Origin: Basidiobolus meristosporus CBS 931.73
Taxonomy: Eukaryota; Fungi; Basidiobolomycota
Direction of reading: 5' to 3'
Assembly: GCA_002104905.1 (NCBI GenBank)
Contig: MCFE01000259.1
Location: 1-64,000 of the forward strand
Length of the DNA stretch: 64,000 nt
In this document: piece after piece, positions 63,901-64,000 of the stretch
Position numbering within the stretch: position 1 is the stretch's first letter
How the letters are laid out: the number at the start of each line of letters is the position of its first letter
Made by a program: the position numbers and the translations under genes
The notes under the pieces: generated by a model
What the model saw: only the letters and a program-made list of their open reading frames with translations
Told to the model about the DNA's origin: nothing
Database searches by the model: none

Positions 63901-64000
63901 TTTCTACTGCTGTACAGGCCCTGGGTAGCACCGGAAGAGTGTGAGAAGCTTAGCACCTAATTGTAGGGGCATCAGGAGGTACGGCGATGGCGTATCAAAC

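Noticed and set aside
61000-64000. Many 60-122 aa ORFs in the right-hand 3 kb (and in 51-53 kb)
   Set aside because: No homology recognised and no further zinc-knuckle paralog found; treated as intergenic.
1-64000. tRNA, rRNA, CRISPR arrays, hammerhead cores
   Set aside because: GTTCGA and CTGATGA hits inspected lacked the required surrounding structure; no regularly spaced repeat array. A tRNAscan/Infernal run would be needed to exclude them.

Overview
Eukaryotic, almost certainly fungal DNA: short GT-AG introns, a Ras with the fungal IQSHFVDEY motif, and a GPI-type chitin deacetylase. The gene mix (STEAP-type reductases, BK-type K+ channel, bacterial-style NRPS relic) suggests an early-diverging, zygomycete-grade fungus; this is inference. 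Layout: (1-510) decayed NRPS condensation-domain fragment; (~0.77-8.4 kb) two different head-to-tail APE/RT non-LTR retrotransposons joined by (AACCCT)4, the telomeric TTAGGG repeat on the other strand, with more CCCTAA hexamers in a duplicated hairpin module at the 3' end of the second element; (9.9-16.3 kb) two tandem STEAP-like metalloreductases and a MAPEG gene; (19-36 kb) Ras flanked by at least seven copies or fragments of one Ty1/copia LTR, including a near full-length degenerate element; (36-51 kb) SDR, chitin deacetylase, DHRS12-like SDR, BK/Slo channel, Trf4-like poly(A) polymerase, Pmp3-family protein; (53-58.5 kb) three paralogous ~96-98 aa proteins with a C-x2-C-x3-H-x4-C knuckle that I do not recognise; (59.9-61 kb) alpha-arrestin. 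Transposon blocks are almost free of CpG while genes are not. Best candidates for new biology: the telomere-repeat-linked LINE array and the small zinc-knuckle gene family. Gene models were spliced by eye; all family calls are motif recognition, not database hits.
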